64,000 nucleotides of DNA from Candidatus Eiseniibacteriota bacterium. GTDB taxonomy: Bacteria > Eisenbacteria > RBG-16-71-46. This document shows, one piece after another, positions 42,298-54,851 of the stretch. The stretch spans positions 320,001 through 384,000 of the forward strand of contig CAVUWA010000010.1 of the NCBI GenBank assembly GCA_963744995.1. The letters run 5' to 3'. The notes below the pieces were generated by a model that searched no databases, had not been told where the DNA came from, and was given only the letters and a program-made list of their open reading frames with translations. The translations under genes and the position numbers were made by a program. Each line of letters begins with the position of its first letter. Position 1 is the stretch's first letter.

Positions 42298-43627
42298 TCA
42301 GCGTTGCGAGCGGGCCCCCGTACGCTCGACGACGAAGCCCGGCGGCACGCGCAGCGCGAGTGCCTGGAAGTACCTACCCAGGAATCCGTAGAAAGTTTCG
42401 TCGACGAGGCGCGGCGAGTTCGCCACGACGGTGCGCCTGCAGTCGAACACGACGAGGCCGCGCGTGCGGTACGTGTTCCGACGGAAAAGCGACCCGTCGA
42501 CTTCGCGCTTGTGCTCGACCACGAGCGCGGGCGTCATGGCGCGGGTCTCGATCTCGTTCCCCTCGAGCGTGTCGCTGCGCGAGCCGTCGTAGAACCAGAA
42601 CACGCCGGTTCCCGGCTGGGGCAGGTCATCCCGGATGTGATTCTCCGAGTAAACGTTGTGACCCGTGGTTCCCGGCCACGAGCCGGGATTGGTCAGCATG
42701 AACGACAGGTTGCCGCCGCGACCCTGGACCGTGACCGTGTTGCGGGTCCAGCGGTTCCAGCTCGACGAGTCGCGATGACTCCAGACGCCGCGCGAGCCTC
42801 GGATCGGGCCCTGCATGCGGATGTTCCATGTGTTGCCGTCGAAGAGGTTCCGGTAGCCCTCGTAGAGCTCCACGGCGAAGAAATAGCCCTGGCAGTGCTC
42901 GACCGTGATGTCGAACCGATTCCGCAGGAAGCGGTTTTCGACGCCGTGGGCGATGCCCAGCACGTGCACGTCGCCCTGTCCCTCGGTCGTGGCGACGCGG
43001 ACGGTGAAGCGGCTGTTGGAAATCACGTTGCTCGTCGAGAACCAGGCCGCCGGCGTGCCCGGGGTCATGAGGTCGATCCAGTGGCTCTGTCCCGAGCCCG
43101 TGACCGATCCGCGCACGCGGAGCGAATCGAACACGCAGTCCTTGCCGAGCGCGAGGATGCCGTCGCCGCCGTGCTCGGTCCAGCACGAGGCGATCGAGTC
43201 CCCCACGACGTAGACGCCGGAGACGCCGTCGCAGCCCGCCAGGCCGTTTTCACCCTGCAGCCAGCGCGCGGTGCAGTAGCTGCCGTGCTGCCAGCCGAAA
43301 CGGATGTTGGCCACGGTCACGGCGCCGGGGTCCTGCGGGAATCCGTAGTAGCGGATCCGCGCCGCGGGGGTGCCGTCCCCCGCGGGCTGCACCGGATCCG
43401 CGTAGCGACCGCTGCGGAAGCGGCAGACGTCGCCCGGCTTCGCGTGGGCGTTGAACCACGCCAGCGTGGTCGCGCCGGCGAGCGAGTCGGCGCCACTGCG
43501 GCCCGCGACGCCGACCGGCGAGACCCAGTACGTCCTCGCCGCGGCTTCCCGGCCGCAGGCCGTCAGCAGCATCAGGGTGAGCGCGAGCGCCGCGCCGGCC
43601 GCCCGGGCGGGCGGCCCCGCGCCGCGC

Positions 43628-43635
<8 letters not shown>
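42298..43635 (-). CDS. Beta-helix protein, paralogue of 40096..42021, possible lipoprotein
   Basis: Long shared blocks with the neighbour; LLTACG lipobox-like motif; start overlaps the clpB stop. Confidence 0.72.
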
Positions 43636-46231
<2,596 letters not shown>

Positions 46232-46294
46232 GGCTTCCTCGCTGGCGCCCGGGAGGACGCATCCGGCCGGCGGATCGAACGGAGAATAGCAAAG

Positions 46295-46320
46295 ACCGCC
46301 GCATCATTGGATGCGGCGGT
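46295..46320 (-). terminator. Intrinsic terminator after 46349..47656
   Basis: Stem ACCGCCGCATC/GATGCGGCGGT followed by CTTTG on the minus strand. Confidence 0.6.
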
Positions 46321-46348
46321 TCTGTCCGTCGATGCCCGGACGAAACGT

Positions 46349-47656
46349 CTACGCGGCTTTGTCGAGGAACGGAATCAGCAGCGGCAGCAGCCGGCGTCCG
46401 ACCGGCGGGAACTCCATCGCGAACGCGACGGCGCCGCGCAGGCCTTCCCAGTCGATCTCGCCGTCCTCCACGAGCTGCGCGAGGCTGATGAGCGAGGCCC
46501 TGATGCGCGCGCGATGGCCGTCGGGAACGCCGAGCCGCGCCACCTCCGAAGCGATCGCGGCCAGCGCGATCGCGGTGCTGGAGGTCAGGGGTGCGGGCGC
46601 GAGGTCGGCCGCTGCGGGCGGCGGCGTTTCGCGACGCTGGCGCCGCACCGGCCGGCCCTCGGCGCGGAACACCGGAGAAGCGCTGAGAAAGTCGGCGGTA
46701 CTGATGGCCGGCATGTCGTCTTCGTCTTCTTCTTCTTCCTCGGCCTCATCCGCCCCATCGACGGCATCGTCCACGGCCCGGGCAGCGCCGGCCGCGACCG
46801 GCGCCGCGCGGTGCGGAGCCGGCGCTTCGTCGCCGTCGTCCGCGGCGTCGGCTTCCCCCCCATCGTCGTCCGTCACGTCGTCCGCGGCCACAGCGGCTTC
46901 CACCGTGTCGGCCGCAGCCACCACCTCGTCATCCGTCTCCGGCACCTCGTCGGCAGGCTCACGGGCGCCGTCCGGGGGCGCGCCGGAGGTGACGGCGGCC
47001 TTCCCGTGCGCCGGCTCGAGATCCTCGCCGGCGTCCCCTTCCTTCTTCGCGGCGGCCTCTTCCTTGCCCAGCTTCTCGAGCGCGTCGAGCCCGAGCATGT
47101 CGCGCAGCCGGCGGCGCGGGCTGCCCGGTTTCTGGCGCCTGCGGCGCTCGTTGCCGTTGCGTCTGCCGCCCTGGCCGTGGCCCGATGCGACGGCGGGCGC
47201 CTCACCATGTCCGGTTTCCGCCGCGCGCTTCTCCGGCTTCGACTCGGCCGCGGCCGGCGGCCCGCCGGGCAGGTCGAGGGTCGGGAAGTCGTCCTCGGCG
47301 ACGCCGGGGTCGAGGCTCGCGGGGCGCGCGGTCTCCGATTCCGCGGGGAGACCGTCGGTGTCGATCTCCTCGAGGAACCCATTCAGGAGCTGCAGCGCCT
47401 CCGCGCAGCCGCGTTCGTAGAACTCGCGTGTCTCGCGTGCGCTGGCCTGGGTGGAAGGCGGGCTGAACGGGATGCGGCGGAAGCGCGCCGAGCGGCGCGA
47501 ATCGCCGGGCCACACGCGCTGAACGATCGTCAGCGTGGCCTGGCGCCACTGTTTGAACTCGGTGTTGCGGGTCTTGGCGTTGCGCAGCGCCTTCAGCTGG
47601 TCGATCTGCTCGTTCAACCAGCGCCGCGCGCGTTCGATGCGTGCATCCGAGCTCAT
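46349..47656 (-). CDS. Hypothetical protein: two helical domains flanking an acidic disordered linker
   Basis: Ordered N- and C-terminal regions; central D/E/A/P-rich tract (EEEEEDEDD). Confidence 0.7.
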   Translation of the reverse strand: MSSDARIERARRWLNEQIDQLKALRNAKTRNTEFKQWRQATLTIVQRVWPGDSRRSARFRRIPFSPPSTQASARETREFYERGCAEALQLLNGFLEEIDTDGLPAESETARPASLDPGVAEDDFPTLDLPGGPPAAAESKPEKRAAETGHGEAPAVASGHGQGGRRNGNERRRRQKPGSPRRRLRDMLGLDALEKLGKEEAAAKKEGDAGEDLEPAHGKAAVTSGAPPDGAREPADEVPETDDEVVAAADTVEAAVAADDVTDDDGGEADAADDGDEAPAPHRAAPVAAGAARAVDDAVDGADEAEEEEEDEDDMPAISTADFLSASPVFRAEGRPVRRQRRETPPPAAADLAPAPLTSSTAIALAAIASEVARLGVPDGHRARIRASLISLAQLVEDGEIDWEGLRGAVAFAMEFPPVGRRLLPLLIPFLDKAA

Positions 47657-47695
47657 GCGCGTCCCCGGGGTGCGGATCCGGAAGCGCGCATCGCG

Positions 47696-48304
47696 CTACC
47701 AGTCCGAGAAGCGCTCCTCTTTCCAGGGATCCGCTTCGTTGTGATAGCCGTTGGTTTCCCAGAACCCGGGCCGGTCGCCTGCGACGAGCTCGATCCCGCG
47801 CACCCACTTCGCGCTCTTCCAGAAGTAGCGGCGCGGTACGACGAGCCGCACGGGCGCGCCGTGTTCCGGCGTGAGCGGCGTTCCATCGTGGGTGTCGGCG
47901 AGCAGAACGTCATCCTGGATCAGCTCCGGCAGCGGGAGGTTCGTCGTGTAACCGCCTTCGGCGTGGATGACCGCGTAACCCGCTGCGGGCTTCACCTCGA
48001 CTGCCCGGAAGATCTCCCGGATCGAGACGCCTTCCCACAGGTTGTCGTAGCGGCTCCAACGCGTCACGCAGTGGATGTCACTGCGCACCTGCACCCGCGG
48101 CAGACGCCGGTACTCTTCCCAGGACCACCGTTTTTCCGCGGCCACCAGGCCAGTCACACGAAAATCCCAGGCCGATACGTCGACCGCGGGGATCGGGCCG
48201 TGATGCAGCACCGGCCACTTCTCCGTGAGAATCTGGCCCGGCGGAAGGCGGGGCTCCTGCCGGGGGCTTTCCACGATATCGGCAGAGTCGGGTCGGAAGT
48301 TCAT
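47696..48304 (-). CDS. Sulfite oxidase-like molybdopterin oxidoreductase
   Basis: RLPPGQ, DIHCVTRWS, EHGAPVRL, WKSAKWV, GFWE..GYH...DPW.E.R. Confidence 0.92.
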   Translation of the reverse strand: MNFRPDSADIVESPRQEPRLPPGQILTEKWPVLHHGPIPAVDVSAWDFRVTGLVAAEKRWSWEEYRRLPRVQVRSDIHCVTRWSRYDNLWEGVSIREIFRAVEVKPAAGYAVIHAEGGYTTNLPLPELIQDDVLLADTHDGTPLTPEHGAPVRLVVPRRYFWKSAKWVRGIELVAGDRPGFWETNGYHNEADPWKEERFSDW

Positions 48305-48405
48305 GCGGGATTTCGCCTCCGGACCGGGGGGCAAGGGGCAGGCGGCGCGGCGCAGCGCCGCGGCCGCGAACGGGGCGGGGGCCGGACGCCCCCGCCCCGC
48401 GCGGA

Positions 48406-50646
48406 TCAGAAGCTGGTGGACAGACTTCCGACGAACGAGATGCCGGGCTCCGGCAGGCTCGACAGTGCCGGAGTGTAGTTCGTGTCGGCGATGTTGCGCA
48501 CCCCCAGCACGAGCCGCTGGCCGGTCGGGATCGCCATCCCGGCGAACAGGTCGCCGGCGATCCACTCCTTCTTCGCCACCACGAACTCCTCGAGTCCGGG
48601 AGGCGCCAGCGGCAGCCGGTTGTAACGCCACGAGAACCGCGCGCTCGGCTCGACCCAGAAGCGTCGCGACGAGTCGGTCCAGCGCAGGCCGAAGTTGCCG
48701 CCGAAGGGCGGAACGCTCGGCAGCGCGGCCTTGTCGGTGTCGATGCCGTAGAGCTTCATGATGCCGTCGCGGCTCGTGATGTCGCCGACCGCGCCCGAGA
48801 CCGCCGCACGCGCGCGCCAGTTGTCCAGGAACTGCCACTGCGCCTCGGCCTCGCCGCCGTAGATGCGCGCCGTCGCGATGTTGAAGTACTGGAACGTGTT
48901 GTTGCCCTGCGAATCGGTCGCGATCAACACGGCGTCGATCAGGTCCTTGTAGGTCGAATAGAACACGCTGCCGGTGAACGCGACGTCGCCCGGTCCCCAG
49001 CGCATGCCGAGGTCGTACGAAACGCTCTTCTCGGGCTTGAGGTCGGTGTTGCCGAGCACGGTGCCCACCGAGGCCGGGCCGTCGAAGAACAGATCCTGTG
49101 CGTTCGGCTGGCGGTAACCGTTGGCGACGTTGGCCGTCAGGTAGAAGTCCTGGATCGGCTCGTAGACGAGACCCAGCGAGCCGGACAGCGCGTCGTTGTC
49201 CACCTTCATCGCCTGGAACGTGTTGGCCGGGGCGCCGAAGCCGTTGCTCGGGTCGGGATCGGAGACGCCCGCGTCCGAGCGGTAGCGGTAGTGCGTATAG
49301 CGCCCGCCGGCGGACAGCGTCCAGCGCGGATTCAGGAACCATTCCGACTGCATGAAGCCGGCGTAGCTGTCGAACGTGCCCTTGGGCACGCTCATCGTCG
49401 TCTTCGTGCCGGGCGGCAGGCCCGGGAAGGGCGGTCCGGTCGGCGTGCCGTTGCTGGTGTAGAGGTTGCGTTCGTCGTTGGTTCCGGCCGGCAGGTCGCG
49501 GATGAGGTCGAGCCCGCCCGTGAACTGGTAGAGCGCGGTCTTCACCGATGTCGCCTGCAGCTGTGCGCCCCAGGTCTCGAGGTCGAAATAGCGGTCCTTC
49601 TGCTGCAGCCAGTTCGTGCCCGGGCCGAGTCCGATGTTGATGTCGGAATAGAAATCGCGCTTCTCGCGCTGGTAGTAGGTCCGTGCGCGCGTCCCGGACA
49701 GCCACGAGTTCTTGTAGTTGTGGTCCAGGGTCAGGTGCACGAAGTCGCGGTCGTAGTTCTTGTAACGGAACTTCTGCGAGTACCCCGGCGCTTCCACGCT
49801 GAGCCCCGGAATGCCGATGTCGTCGCCGCGATACAGCTGCACGCCGCTCTTCAGCACCGTCTGCGCGGTGAAGTCGTAGCGCATGTTGAAGAGCGCATCG
49901 TAGTCCTGGAAGGCCGAGTCCTTGATCTTGCCGGTCGGCGCCTCGAAGTCGTCGGCCTTGCGGCCGCCACTGGAGAGGAACGCCGAGAACCTGCCGATGC
50001 GCGGGATCAGTTCGAGGTAGGCGTTGCGCTGCCGGTCGCCGCTGCTGCCGCCGACGGTGGCGGCGCCGTTGAGCGACGGCGCCGAGCCCCGGTCGGCCTC
50101 ACGGGTGATGATGTTCACGACGCCGCCGAGTGCGTCGGATCCGTAGGCGACCGACGCCGGACCGCGCACGACCTCGATGCGTTCGATCTGCTCGGGGCCG
50201 ATCAGCGAAGGCTGCGGCCCGCGGCCGCGCACGTTGTTCATCGGGCTGCCGTCCATCAGCACCAGCACGCGCTGGCCCGACATGCCGCGCAGCACCATCT
50301 GCTGCGCCCAGGGGCTGTCCTTGCTGCTGGCCACGCCCGGCACCTGTGCGAGCGCATCGAGAGGCACCGTCGGCAGCTCCTGACGCAGGTGCCGCAGCGA
50401 GATCAGCGACAGCGACTGCGGCGAGCGGTAGATCTCGCGGGCATAACGGGAGCCCGTGACCACGACTTCATTGAGCAGCGCCGCCGGCCTGGTCGTGTCG
50501 GCCAGGCTGCTGCGGGTTCCCTCATCCGCGGCACGGGCGGTCGAGAGCGTCGCCGCCAGTGCGAGCGTCGCGAACGCGACCGTCCTCGCACAGCGGAACA
50601 TGGCGCTCTGGGCGCTCGTACGGGATGAACGATGCGACATGATCAA
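48406..50646 (-). CDS. TonB-dependent receptor
   Basis: Signal peptide; EVVVTGSR; IERIEVVRGPASVAYGSDALGGVVNIIT; LKPEKS; C-terminal Phe. Confidence 0.95.
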   Translation of the reverse strand: MIMSHRSSRTSAQSAMFRCARTVAFATLALAATLSTARAADEGTRSSLADTTRPAALLNEVVVTGSRYAREIYRSPQSLSLISLRHLRQELPTVPLDALAQVPGVASSKDSPWAQQMVLRGMSGQRVLVLMDGSPMNNVRGRGPQPSLIGPEQIERIEVVRGPASVAYGSDALGGVVNIITREADRGSAPSLNGAATVGGSSGDRQRNAYLELIPRIGRFSAFLSSGGRKADDFEAPTGKIKDSAFQDYDALFNMRYDFTAQTVLKSGVQLYRGDDIGIPGLSVEAPGYSQKFRYKNYDRDFVHLTLDHNYKNSWLSGTRARTYYQREKRDFYSDINIGLGPGTNWLQQKDRYFDLETWGAQLQATSVKTALYQFTGGLDLIRDLPAGTNDERNLYTSNGTPTGPPFPGLPPGTKTTMSVPKGTFDSYAGFMQSEWFLNPRWTLSAGGRYTHYRYRSDAGVSDPDPSNGFGAPANTFQAMKVDNDALSGSLGLVYEPIQDFYLTANVANGYRQPNAQDLFFDGPASVGTVLGNTDLKPEKSVSYDLGMRWGPGDVAFTGSVFYSTYKDLIDAVLIATDSQGNNTFQYFNIATARIYGGEAEAQWQFLDNWRARAAVSGAVGDITSRDGIMKLYGIDTDKAALPSVPPFGGNFGLRWTDSSRRFWVEPSARFSWRYNRLPLAPPGLEEFVVAKKEWIAGDLFAGMAIPTGQRLVLGVRNIADTNYTPALSSLPEPGISFVGSLSTSF

Positions 50647-50689
50647 TCTCCGTGGTTCTGTATGAATGCCGGCTCCACCGCCGGCGGGT

Positions 50690-51673
50690 CTACCCTGACG
50701 ATTCCACCTGCACCGGCGGCTCCGTGCCCGCGAGGGCTCCGGAGCGCCAGTGTCCTGCTTCCTTCCACCGCACCCGCAGGCCGTCGTGCGGCCGGCGGGT
50801 GTAGCGCGCGATCAGGCGGATCGCGTGCGCGTGCGACGCCGCGTCACGCGGCCCGCACACCAGCGCCACCGGCCCGGGGAACCCTTCCGGCTCCACGCGC
50901 CAGCGCGCCTCGGTCTCGAACTCGGCGAGTCGCCGGTTCTCTTCCGCGTCGCGCCCCAGCACGACCTTGAGCGCCGGGCTCACGCGGAAGTGCCGCCCCA
51001 CCCGGAGCAGCGCGAGGTCTTCCATGCTCGTCTCGTCCTGCGCGGTGTGCTCGAACAGGTCGCGCAGCTTCTCCGAATAGTTCGCGTCCGTGAGCAGACA
51101 CCCGCCGCCCGGCGACTGGTAGTGGCGCAGCCCGTAGCGGCGCGCCAGCTCGAGCTGCACCGAGCGGCCCCTGCCCGAGATGCCGAGCAGCCGCGAGCGG
51201 TCCACCCAGCCGCGTTTCTCGGGCTCGGTCTCCGGCAGCGCGCGCGCGCTCAGCGGCCGCAGGATGAACCCTTCGAGCGGCGAGCGGCGCTCGAGCAGTT
51301 CCAGCGCCGAACGCATCTGCGACATCGGCCGCTGGCCGACGACCTCGCCCGTGAACAGGAATTGCGCACCGTGCGCCTCCATCACCGGCGCCGCGAGGTC
51401 GAACATGAACGAGCGGCAGTCGAGGCACGGGTTCATGTGCTTGCCGTAGCCCCAGCGCGGCTCGCGCAGCAGCTTGAGGTAGGCCTCCCCTTTGTCCTGG
51501 ATCTCCAGCGGGATGCCGAGGTCCGCGGCGACCTCGCGGATGTCGCTGCGGCAGGCGGTCGGCGAGTGCAGATGCAGGCCTACCACCTCGATGCCCTGGT
51601 CGAGCAGCAACCGGGCGGCGAGGGCGCTGTCGAGGCCCCCTGAAAGCAGACCGATGGCACGAATGGCACTCAA
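50690..51673 (-). CDS. ThiI/MnmA-like PP-loop tRNA sulfurtransferase with DUF814-type C-terminus
   Basis: LLSGGLDS, MNPCLDCR, TGEVVGQRPMSQ, GGGCLLTD, GRHFR; TTG start. Confidence 0.85.
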   Translation of the reverse strand: MSAIRAIGLLSGGLDSALAARLLLDQGIEVVGLHLHSPTACRSDIREVAADLGIPLEIQDKGEAYLKLLREPRWGYGKHMNPCLDCRSFMFDLAAPVMEAHGAQFLFTGEVVGQRPMSQMRSALELLERRSPLEGFILRPLSARALPETEPEKRGWVDRSRLLGISGRGRSVQLELARRYGLRHYQSPGGGCLLTDANYSEKLRDLFEHTAQDETSMEDLALLRVGRHFRVSPALKVVLGRDAEENRRLAEFETEARWRVEPEGFPGPVALVCGPRDAASHAHAIRLIARYTRRPHDGLRVRWKEAGHWRSGALAGTEPPVQVESSG

Positions 51674-51990
51674 TGGAAGCCGTCCGCGGAGAAGGTGAAG
51701 CCGGGTGACACGAGTGAAGCCGATTACGGTTAGCAGCCGTCCCGCAGCGTGTCAAGAATGGCCCCCGGGCGCTATGGGACGGAGGTGGCAGTCGATCTGC
51801 CAATCCGGCGGTCGGGGCCGGCGCAAGGGTCCAGCCGCCGTCCGCGCAGCCCCCGGGGGCCCGGAGCGCCCCCTTTCCGCAGCCGGTTGCACGGCCGGGC
51901 GGGCGGATCTACCTTACCTCGTCCGAAGTCCATGGCGATGCCCTGAGGCCCTCCGCGGCCCCACCGGCGCTCCGCGCCTGCCCAGGCCCA

Positions 51991-52413
51991 ATGCACATTC
52001 CCGCCTTCAGCCTCTTCTCCGCGGTCAGCGAGCTGTTCGTGACCGCGGGCGTGCTCTACGTCATCATCCGCAACTGGAATCGCCTGCGCTTCCCGCTGGG
52101 CGTGTTCCTCACGGTGGCGCTGTTCGAAGCCCTCGTGAACGTCATGTACATGGCCAATCGCTCCGCGCAGGCGGCGACCGGCTCCCACGAGGCCCTGTCG
52201 ACCGGCATGAAGATCTTCTTCGCCGGCCACGGGATCCTGTCGCTGCTCGCCTACCTCGTGTTCGTGGTGCTCGGCATCTTCGCGTACCAGGAGCAGAAGG
52301 ACGGCCGTTTCTTCTTCCGCGAGCGCCCGGTGCTCACCTGGACGTTCGTCGCCGTCTGGACCGTGAGCATCGTTTCGGGCGAAGTGATCTTCCTCATGCA
52401 CTACGTCTTCTAG
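51991..52413 (+). CDS. Small 4-TM membrane protein (DUF420-like)
   Basis: Four hydrophobic helices; His within TM3 (FAGHGILS). Confidence 0.65.
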   Translation: MHIPAFSLFSAVSELFVTAGVLYVIIRNWNRLRFPLGVFLTVALFEALVNVMYMANRSAQAATGSHEALSTGMKIFFAGHGILSLLAYLVFVVLGIFAYQEQKDGRFFFRERPVLTWTFVAVWTVSIVSGEVIFLMHYVF

Positions 52414-52431
52414 GGACCCGCCCACCGCTCG

Positions 52432-52989
52432 ATGACCTCGCAGCTATCGAACGCCTCCCCCGCGGACCGCGCCGAGCCGCCGGCGCTCGTGGGCGTGAAC
52501 GCGCGCAGCCGCCGCATGCGCGCGCCGCTGCTGGTGACCCTGTGGACGCTGCTCGCCTTCGAGGCGGCCGGCGGCCTGACCATTTTCGTCGCGCGGCTCG
52601 CCGTGGGGTCGACGCCGGGCGAGACGCTGCACGTGATCGGCGGCCTGCTCCTCATGCTGGTCTACGCGATCTATCAGTGGCAGCACTGGAACCGGGTCGC
52701 GCCGGTGCGGCGGCGGCTCGACTACGGCATCGGTTTGCTCGCCGCCGGGGCGATGATCTTCGTGAACGTGACCGGCGTCATGCTGGGCCTCGCGTGGTGG
52801 CGCGATCGCGTGGCGGTGCCCACGGCGGGCGCCGTCTCGTACACCCCGATCGTCTCGGCCGCCCACAATATCGCCTGCATGCTGGTGCTCACGTTCGCCG
52901 GCGCGCACCTCGGCGCCGTGCTGTTCCGTGATCAGAAGCTCCGTGCCTCGCGCGCCGCCCGCCAGAGCCGCCCCGGCACACCTCCCTGA
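52432..52989 (+). CDS. 4-TM membrane protein with paired His residues, cytochrome b-like
   Basis: His pairs in two helices (TLHVIG...WQHW; AAHNI...GAHL). Confidence 0.6.
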   Translation: MTSQLSNASPADRAEPPALVGVNARSRRMRAPLLVTLWTLLAFEAAGGLTIFVARLAVGSTPGETLHVIGGLLLMLVYAIYQWQHWNRVAPVRRRLDYGIGLLAAGAMIFVNVTGVMLGLAWWRDRVAVPTAGAVSYTPIVSAAHNIACMLVLTFAGAHLGAVLFRDQKLRASRAARQSRPGTPP

Positions 52990-53023
52990 CCCGTTCCGCC
53001 GCGCCGCGGCAGAGGTCGACGTC

Positions 53024-53674
53024 ATGTCCGAAGAATCCAGCAAGGTGTCTTCCGCGCATTTTCGTTACATCGCCGGGCACACGCGCCGCGAGGACACCTT
53101 TCTCGCGGAGCTCAAGCGGGCCGCTGCCGCCGCCGGAATTCCGCCGATCTGGATCGCCGCCGAGCAGGCCAGCTTCATGCAGATCCTGCTCTCGGCCGCG
53201 CGGGCACGGGAGGTGATCGAGGTCGGCACGCTGGCCGGCTATTCGGCGATCGTCATGGCACGGGCCCTTCCGGAAGGCGGCCGCGTGCGCACGATCGAGA
53301 TCTCGGAGAAGCATGCCGCGTTCGCTCGCGAGTGGGCGGCCAGGTCCGACGTCGCCGGCAAGGTGGAGGTGCACGTGGGCAGCGGCATGGACGTGCTGCC
53401 CTCCTTCGAGTCGGATTCCGCCGACGCCGCGTTCCTCGACGCCGACAAGAAGAGCTATCCCATGTACCTCGAAGAGGCCGTGCGGATCGTGCGCCCCGGC
53501 GGACTGATCCTCGTGGACAACGCGCTCGCGTTCGGCCAGCTGCTGGATTCGAACCCGACCGATCGCGAAGTGCCCGCGGTGCGCGCGTTCAACGATCTCA
53601 TGGCGGCGCGCGAGGATCTGCAGAGCGTGATCGTGCCGCTGGGCGACGGCCTGTGGGTGGGCGTCAGACGCTGA
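53024..53674 (+). CDS. Class I SAM-dependent O-methyltransferase (caffeoyl-CoA OMT-like)
   Basis: IEVGTLAGYS, FLDADK, LVDNAL, PLGDGL. Confidence 0.92.
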   Translation: MSEESSKVSSAHFRYIAGHTRREDTFLAELKRAAAAAGIPPIWIAAEQASFMQILLSAARAREVIEVGTLAGYSAIVMARALPEGGRVRTIEISEKHAAFAREWAARSDVAGKVEVHVGSGMDVLPSFESDSADAAFLDADKKSYPMYLEEAVRIVRPGGLILVDNALAFGQLLDSNPTDREVPAVRAFNDLMAAREDLQSVIVPLGDGLWVGVRR

Positions 53675-53717
53675 ATCGGCGGATGCGGGCGCGGGGGCGC
53701 GGAGCCCCCGTGCCGCT

Positions 53718-54221
53718 TCAGTGCGCGCGGAACAGCGCGCTGATCCAGCCGGCGATCGGGTTCGCGGCGAGCAGCGTCCCGGCGAGGATCAGCCCCGCGC
53801 TCACCATCATCCAGCCGGAGCGCGGATGCGCGGAAGAGCAGATCCCCGCGCGGCGGCCGTCCGCGGTCCCCATCAGGAGGATGAACCAGGGAAACAGCCA
53901 GACGGTCAGATGCATGTCGTCCAGCCACGCCGCCGGGCTGTCCGCGAGCGGCACGCTCAGCAGCAGCGCGCCCGTCATCACTCCGGCCGTCGTCCACAGC
54001 GCCCACCGCGGATAGCCGCTCGTGCGCCGCACCAGCCGGGCCATGCCGATCGTGCCCGCGGCGCCGACCAACGCGACGCCGTAGACGAGCGTCATGGTCA
54101 GCGGGCCGATCTTCCTCATCAGCACCGTCACGACGACCACACCGAGCAGCAGCAGCGCACCGGTGCGTGCGGCATGCCGGCGCGCGGCGGGGTCGAGGGC
54201 GTCGTGGGTCGTGGCGTTCAT
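53718..54221 (-). CDS. Membrane protein
   Basis: About 5 TM; RBS GAGGAG; last gene of the XRE operon. Confidence 0.65.
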   Translation of the reverse strand: MNATTHDALDPAARRHAARTGALLLLGVVVVTVLMRKIGPLTMTLVYGVALVGAAGTIGMARLVRRTSGYPRWALWTTAGVMTGALLLSVPLADSPAAWLDDMHLTVWLFPWFILLMGTADGRRAGICSSAHPRSGWMMVSAGLILAGTLLAANPIAGWISALFRAH

Positions 54222-54255
54222 GGGGCTCTCCTCTCTCGCGGCGGACGCCGCGAAC

Positions 54256-54456
54256 TCACGCTTCTCCGCCGGGATCGAAGAGGTCTTCGATGCGCTGCTC
54301 GAACAACCGCGCGATGCGGAAGGCGAGCGGCAGGCTGGGGTCGTACTTGCCGGTCTCGATCGCGTTCACGGTCTGCCTCGAGACCCCGAGCCGCGTGCCG
54401 AGCTCGCCCTGCGACCAGCCGCGTTCGCTGCGCAGCACCCGCAGGCGGTTGTTCAC
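54256..54456 (-). CDS. XRE/Cro-C1 helix-turn-helix regulator
   Basis: NNRLRVLRSERGWSQGELG...VSRQTVNAIETGKYDPSLPLAF; GTG 54456 overlaps the upstream stop. Confidence 0.93.
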   Translation of the reverse strand: MNNRLRVLRSERGWSQGELGTRLGVSRQTVNAIETGKYDPSLPLAFRIARLFEQRIEDLFDPGGEA

Positions 54457-54851
54457 TGGTAGCGCCTTCGCATGATCAGCAGCCCGATCACCCAGAACAG
54501 CACCATCATCGCCCAGGTGTCGACGCCCCAGCGGATCTCCGGCCATCCGGCTTTCGCCATGAGGCCCCACCCGGTGATCGTGATCCCGGTGACGGCGAAT
54601 GCGAACGCGAGCGCTTCGAGCTGCATGCGATACAGCATCTCGTCGAGCCGCCTGAGCGAGTGGATCGTGAGTCCGATCGCGTAGCCCATCAGCACCGCCT
54701 CGAGGGCGCCGATGACGAGCCGGGGCGGCGTGCCGGGCTCGAGGTGCAGCCACCGGCCGAGGAGCGCGAGCACCACGATCCCGAGGGCGGCAGCGATCAC
54801 CCGCAGCAGATAGCGGCGGTCGAAGCAGGCCAGCGGGTTCCCGCCGCTCAT
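54453..54851 (-). CDS. Membrane protein typical of XRE-adjacent pairs
   Basis: 4 TM; LDE...R.QLEALA motif; RRY C-terminus. Confidence 0.75.
   Translation of the reverse strand: MSGGNPLACFDRRYLLRVIAAALGIVVLALLGRWLHLEPGTPPRLVIGALEAVLMGYAIGLTIHSLRRLDEMLYRMQLEALAFAFAVTGITITGWGLMAKAGWPEIRWGVDTWAMMVLFWVIGLLIMRRRYQ

Noticed and set aside
47696..49705. 669-aa oxidoreductase fusion
   Set aside because: The extension overlaps the TonB receptor in another frame; the real start is 48304.
48406..50646. Specific call as a haem receptor
   Set aside because: FRAP/NPNL-like motifs are degenerate (YRQP...NTDL) with no His between them, so the substrate is left unassigned.
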